64,000 bases of DNA, taken from Eledone cirrhosa. Taxonomy: Eukaryota. The position numbers were made by a program, and so were the translations under genes. Each line of letters begins with the position of its first letter. Within the stretch, counting starts at the first letter, position 1. Shown here piece by piece: positions 57,130 to 64,000 of the stretch. The notes below the pieces were generated by a model that was given only the letters and a program-made list of their open reading frames with translations, made no database searches and was not told the DNA's origin. Location: contig OZ024763.1 in the NCBI GenBank assembly GCA_964016885.1, positions 20,584,001 through 20,648,000 on the forward strand. The letters are read 5' to 3'.

Positions 57130-57920
57130 GTTTTAACATCTGCTTTCCCTGCTATCAAGGGTTGGACAGGTCTATATAGACTAAGTCACTACTGAAGCAG
57201 AGCTATTGATCTCCCAGACAAACCAGAGATCTGTGTCTCTCTCGCTTATGTACGGTCGATGATCCACCGAGTGCACAGGAGAGGTTGTCATGTCTTTGAG
57301 TCAACCGAAGGGTCCTCCCAGCCCTTAGTTTGGCAAGCTTTCTATGGCTGGATGCCCTTCCTATCACCAACCACTTTACAGCATGTACTGGGTGTTTACC
57401 ATGTAGATCACCAAACACTAAGAAGACTGTCATGTCGCTGATATGAGTGAGGGGTCTTCCCAGCCCTTAGTTTGGCAGGCTTTCTACGGCTGGATGCCCT
57501 TCTTATCACCAGCCACTTTACAGCATGTACTGGGTGTTTTATCATGTATATCAGGCATGTCAAACATGCGGGCTGCATGCGGCCCTTTACAAGCATAGCT
57601 ACGGCTTGCACAAAGGTTTTTACAGCACGAGAGTAATATAAAATAAAAAATATTAGTTGTAACTTGGCTCTCAGACAACACGTGAGTGACCCATGTAGCC
57701 CTTGGGGGACCCTCAGTTTGACATGCCAAAACTAGGAAGGTTGTCATGTCGTTGATATGGCTGAGGGTTCCTCCCAGCCCTTTGTTTGGCAGGGTTTCTA
57801 CAGCTGGATACCCTTCCTATCACCAACCACTTTACAGCATGTACTAGGTGTGTTTATCATCTAGATCACCAAACACTAGTAAGGTTGTAATGTCGTTGAC
57901 ACAACTGAAGGGCCCTGCCG
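57130..57920 (-). repeat. Tandem RTE-type 3' UTR segments
   Basis: Repeated TTTCTACGGCTGGATGCCCTTCCTATCACCAACCACTTTACAGCATGTACTGG. Confidence 0.7.
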
Positions 57921-58279
57921 ACTCATGGTATGGCAAATATATATATATTTCTGAGTTAACCAGGTGGGTGCTTACTGCTTTTTCTAGCAAATACAGTACT
58001 CGTTTAATGTCCACCTTTACCTCCCTTCTGTGACCGCTGTATCATGTTTAAATTTCTCCCTCCGCCTCTCGACAATTATGCACTTGTCACAATCAGGTCA
58101 AGAAACAGTCCACTAACTGATGGGTCTCTTGATAAGCCTTATTAACCTCACAGCGATGGTGCACTTCGATAGTGCACAATTGCTGCAAAGCAATTCGGTG
58201 AAAATGCAGTCGGGACTTTGAAGAGAAAATAGGTATATTTTTGTCTATTATTTCTTTGCATTTTTTATTTTATATATAT

Positions 58280-58316
<37 letters not shown>

Positions 58317-58519
58317 AATATATATATATATAGGTATGTATATTTAATCTTGATAATTTGTATAATTTTGTATAATTTTGTACATAGATCTGTTAAATAT
58401 GCATACCAATTATAACACATATATACCCTAGAAACGATCGTTAAATAGTGAACTTTTTTTGTTTAATATAAGGAATTGTTTGTTCATTATTTGTTTAATA
58501 TTTTATATATATATATATT

Positions 58520-58575
<56 letters not shown>

Positions 58576-58579
58576 TTAT

Positions 58580-58614
<35 letters not shown>

Positions 58615-58874
58615 TTTATCTTATCTACTCTTGTCTGTTCTCTTATCCATGTGTCTACTCTTGTCTGTTCTCTTATCCATGTGTATGCTTGTATGTAACT
58701 ATATGTTGACAGCACCCTGCCCAACTGTGACTGATAGCACCCCTTATTTTTATTTTTATTTTTATTTTTACTTTTATTTTTATTTTTATTCTTATCCTCT
58801 ATCGTCTATTATTACCTTTCATTCTTCAATGTCTTGGATTTGTTATTGCTTGTGTGGTATGTAATTAACCTTTA

Positions 58875-58920
58875 TGCTCTGATGAGTCCCACTTATAGTG
58901 CGGATGAAACAATGTTAGCA
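58875..58920 (+). ncRNA. Minimal type-I hammerhead motif (slightly degenerate)
   Basis: TGCT-CTGATGA-GTCC-CACTTATAGTGC-GGAT-GAAAC-AAT-GTT-AGCA, then AGTAAA. Confidence 0.65.
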
Positions 58921-58963
58921 AGTAAAGATATGCATATGCTATAAGCGTTCTTTGTTATTTATT

Positions 58964-60560
<1,597 letters not shown>

Positions 60561-61070
60561 TTATTATTATATGTGTTACTTATAACTATATCATATTATT
60601 ACCTCATGTATATTGGGTAGTTGTATTAGTACTATTATTATTATTATTTTCATTCCTACCATGCTTATTTTTATATTCAAATTCTTAATAAGGTTTAATT
60701 TGTGCAGTGGAAGATGGATGTGCGTATTGTTGTATGTGTATGTGTGTGTACGTGTGCGCACATATATACATATGCATATTGTATCTTTTGATTTTTATTG
60801 TAATTTTTTATTCTAATGTTGGTAAAGGTATATTATTGTATGTTATATTGTATTATATAAAATTCCTGCTCTATATAACCACCTTTGTTTAGCTCTAGTT
60901 TTTGCTTTGGACTATATTTGTAATATGATTCTTAATGTTATATACATCCTTAGTAATTATTATCATATATTTTTATTATATATTTTTGCAATACTTTAGT
61001 GTATGTACACTCCATATTCTTCGGAGATTCCGGCTTGTATCTGCCGATATTACTTCTTGTTGTTTTAATT

Positions 61071-61108
61071 GCCCTGATGAGTCCTTAATAGGACGAAACA
61101 TTGTCGGC
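61071..61108 (+). ncRNA. Minimal type-I hammerhead ribozyme, canonical core
   Basis: GCC-CTGATGA-GTCCT-TAAT-AGGAC-GAAAC-ATT-GTC-GGC, then AATAAA. Confidence 0.8.
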
Positions 61109-61153
61109 TAATAAAGACTTTTGATGTATTGAAGGCTTCTTTGTTTTACTCTC

Positions 61154-61295
<142 letters not shown>

Positions 61296-61296
61296 A

Positions 61297-61337
<41 letters not shown>

Positions 61338-61345
61338 TATATATA

Positions 61346-61541
<196 letters not shown>

Positions 61542-61544
61542 AAT

Positions 61545-61858
61545 CATCATCATCATCATCATTTCATTTTACGTCCGCTTTTCCCTGCTTGCAAGGGTGG
61601 GACGGGAACTGATTCTGGCTTGATTTCTACAGCTGGATGCCCTTCCTAACACCAACCTCATTTACAGTGAGTGCTGGGTGCTTTTTTGCCGTGGCACCTA
61701 CACGACCACTTTGCAGTGGAATGATAAGGACCTCAGTCCCTATCATCTCATTTCTACAGCTGAGTAAACTGGAGCAATTTGAAATAAAGTGTCTTGCTCA
61801 AGGAAACAACACACCACCCGGTCTGAGAATTGAGTGGTGTGTTGTTTCCTTGAGCAAG
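61545..61858 (-). mobile_element. 5'-truncated SINE (24540 family) with a short terminal inversion
   Basis: Same core and RTE-type tail; 61833-61858 is an inverted copy of the core. Confidence 0.7.
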
Positions 61859-61864
61859 ATATAT

Positions 61865-61967
<103 letters not shown>

Positions 61968-62439
61968 AATATATATATTTATTCAGGTTTGAGGTTCACC
62001 ACTGTATAGAGCTGGTCTATTCCGTATGGTCAATCGTAATGCAATAATATAGAGAGTACTCAACGTAAAGCAGTTCAACCGTCTTTGTTTTTGTAGTTGG
62101 TGGTGCTATTACGGAGTTAAATATTATAATGAAATGACAGGAGGCTACCCATTAGGTACCCATTAGCACACGACACTAGAATGTCTCCTCCTGAGAACAA
62201 AAATTAAACATTACACGACTATATCCCGTACTCTACATCCCACTAGGATAAATTACAGATCTACATAATACAATTAACGTTTCTTCATAAAAGACTATTT
62301 AATTAAACCCCGCAACCCAAAACCTCATAGAAGTTATTTGAATGTCGAATCTTCAATTTTCTGTTTGTTCAATTCTCAATCCTCTTACTCCTTAGTTTTA
62401 TAATGTTATTCTGAATTCTTTCAACTTCATCCGATAGAG

Positions 62440-63460
62440 TTAAGCAAAATTCTAAAGTTCCAACTTTCTGTCGGACCGTTGGGTGGGTTTTAGCGGCGGC
62501 GCGACCAGCTCCCTGGCGAACGGGCTCACCTGGAGTGCTTGGAAAAATAAATTCCCCTTCTTTCAGTAAATGAAAATACTCGGCGTGGCTTAATTAGCCA
62601 TGGGGCCCGGGGCGCGGCCGGTGTTTTAACCGCCAAATAGTACCTTTAGATTACAGAACAAATCGGAACTATTATATATATCAACCTGAAACTGTTGAGC
62701 TTTAAGTTTTCTAACCTCTTTAATATGGAATATTGATTATTAATTTATTAATTTTTTAACTTCATCCTATAAGTCTAAACATTGTAACACACTGACCCCC
62801 AATATATTCACCTCTGCTAAGATGCGAGTCCCTGTGAAAATTTTGTCGCGCCACTCCTGGCCCGACTGTGGTGTGACATTAATATCGACCTTCCTTCCTC
62901 TCTCTTTCTATCTTCCTTCTTGTAGCTATCAACCATTACTCTTTTACTTCTCTAAGCTAAATTTTAAAGTTCCAACTTTCTGTCGGACTGTTGGGTGGGT
63001 TTTAATGGCGGCGCGACCAGCTCCCTGGCGAACGAGCTCACCTGGAGTGCTTGGAAAAATAAATTTCCCCTTCTTTCAGTAAATGAAAATACTCGGCGTG
63101 GCTTAATTCGCCATGGGGCCCGGGGCGCGGCCGTTGTTTTAACCGCCAAATAGTACCTTTAAATTACAGAACAAATCGGAACTATTATATAATTAATTGT
63201 TAAACTGTTGAACTTTAAATTTTCTAACCTCTTTAATATTGAATATTGATTATTAAATTTTTTTAACTTCATCCTAGAAGTCTAAACACTGTAAAACACT
63301 GACTCCCAATATATTCATCTCCGCTAAGATGCGGGTCCCTGTGAAAATTTTCTCGCGCCACTCCTGGCTTGACTGTGGTCTGACATTAATATCGACCTTT
63401 CTTCCTCTTCCTTTCTATCTTCCTTCTTGTAGCCATCAACCCTTACTTTTCTACTTCTCT
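62440..63460. repeat. ~510-bp tandem direct duplication with a GC-rich structured core
   Basis: AAAGTTCCAACTTTCTGTCGGAC...GGGGCCCGGGGCGCGGCC...CTAAGATGCG.GTCCCTGTG occurs twice. Confidence 0.9.
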
Positions 63461-63832
63461 CTTCCCTTCCTTCTCTCCTCTCCTCCTCCCGCAGACTTAT
63501 CTTCCTTCCCCCTCTTGCTTGCCTATATCTGACCAGTAGTAGTTACCTTCCTCTTTTAGCTGACATTAACCCTGACTTCTCTTCTTCTTTCTTCCCCCTT
63601 CTTCTCCTTCCTTTCTTTCTTTCTTTTACCTTGTGTCATGGGATCGACGTTAACCTATGCTCCCATCTCTTTCTGTTTTCGTTCATCTGACCGGTAGTAG
63701 CATACTATAAAATTTAGCCACGTCACTCCAGGGCGACCGGCTGAGGTTGAAGGAACAGAATAGCGGTCGCCCTCGGGTCCTGATTTTCAGCCCCATGGAT
63801 TTTACCTATTACATTCACGTATTATATTTCGA

Positions 63833-63890
63833 ATACCTGATGATATCACCGGATTCATACGGAACCCGGTCATTGAAATGATCATAGTAT
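63833..63890 (+). ncRNA. Minimal type-I hammerhead motif (same stem II architecture as 46582)
   Basis: ATAC-CTGATGA-TATCACCGG...CCGGTCATT-GAAA-TGATCA-TA-GTAT, then AATAAA. Confidence 0.65.
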
Positions 63891-63944
63891 AATAAACCTT
63901 TCAAGGATTTACACAAATCCAGCCTCCTGTCATTTCATTATAAT

Positions 63945-63988
<44 letters not shown>

Positions 63989-64000
63989 TATATATATATA

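Overview
This is AT-rich, microsatellite-laden eukaryotic DNA. Its SINE/LINE/MITE content and long (TA)n tracts resemble a coleoid cephalopod such as octopus; the taxon is inferred, not verified. The only host gene is a polyhomeotic/PHC (PRC1) homolog on the minus strand. I reconstructed seven GT-AG coding exons with consistent phases (55686-54658, 52650-52482, 40206-40045, a tentative 42-nt microexon 37967-37926, 35486-35383, 24136-24008, 12806-12612). They encode HD1, an FCS zinc finger and a C-terminal SAM domain; the 5' exons were not found and probably lie beyond the window. The introns and flanks hold RTE-like and CR1-like LINE fragments, a CRE-like fragment, tRNA-derived SINEs, mariner/hAT/TTAA-MITE DNA elements and several TE-derived satellites. 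Three features stand out. (1) Eight type-I hammerhead ribozyme motifs of several architectures occur, mostly in small TA-flanked elements and mostly followed by AATAAA-like signals; two are sense within polyhomeotic introns. (2) A copy of the FCS-finger exon is captured inside a CRE-like retroelement and has usable splice sites, making it a candidate poison exon. (3) A 5.5-kb higher-order satellite is built from a SINE head. All structures were read by eye; nothing was computed or searched.
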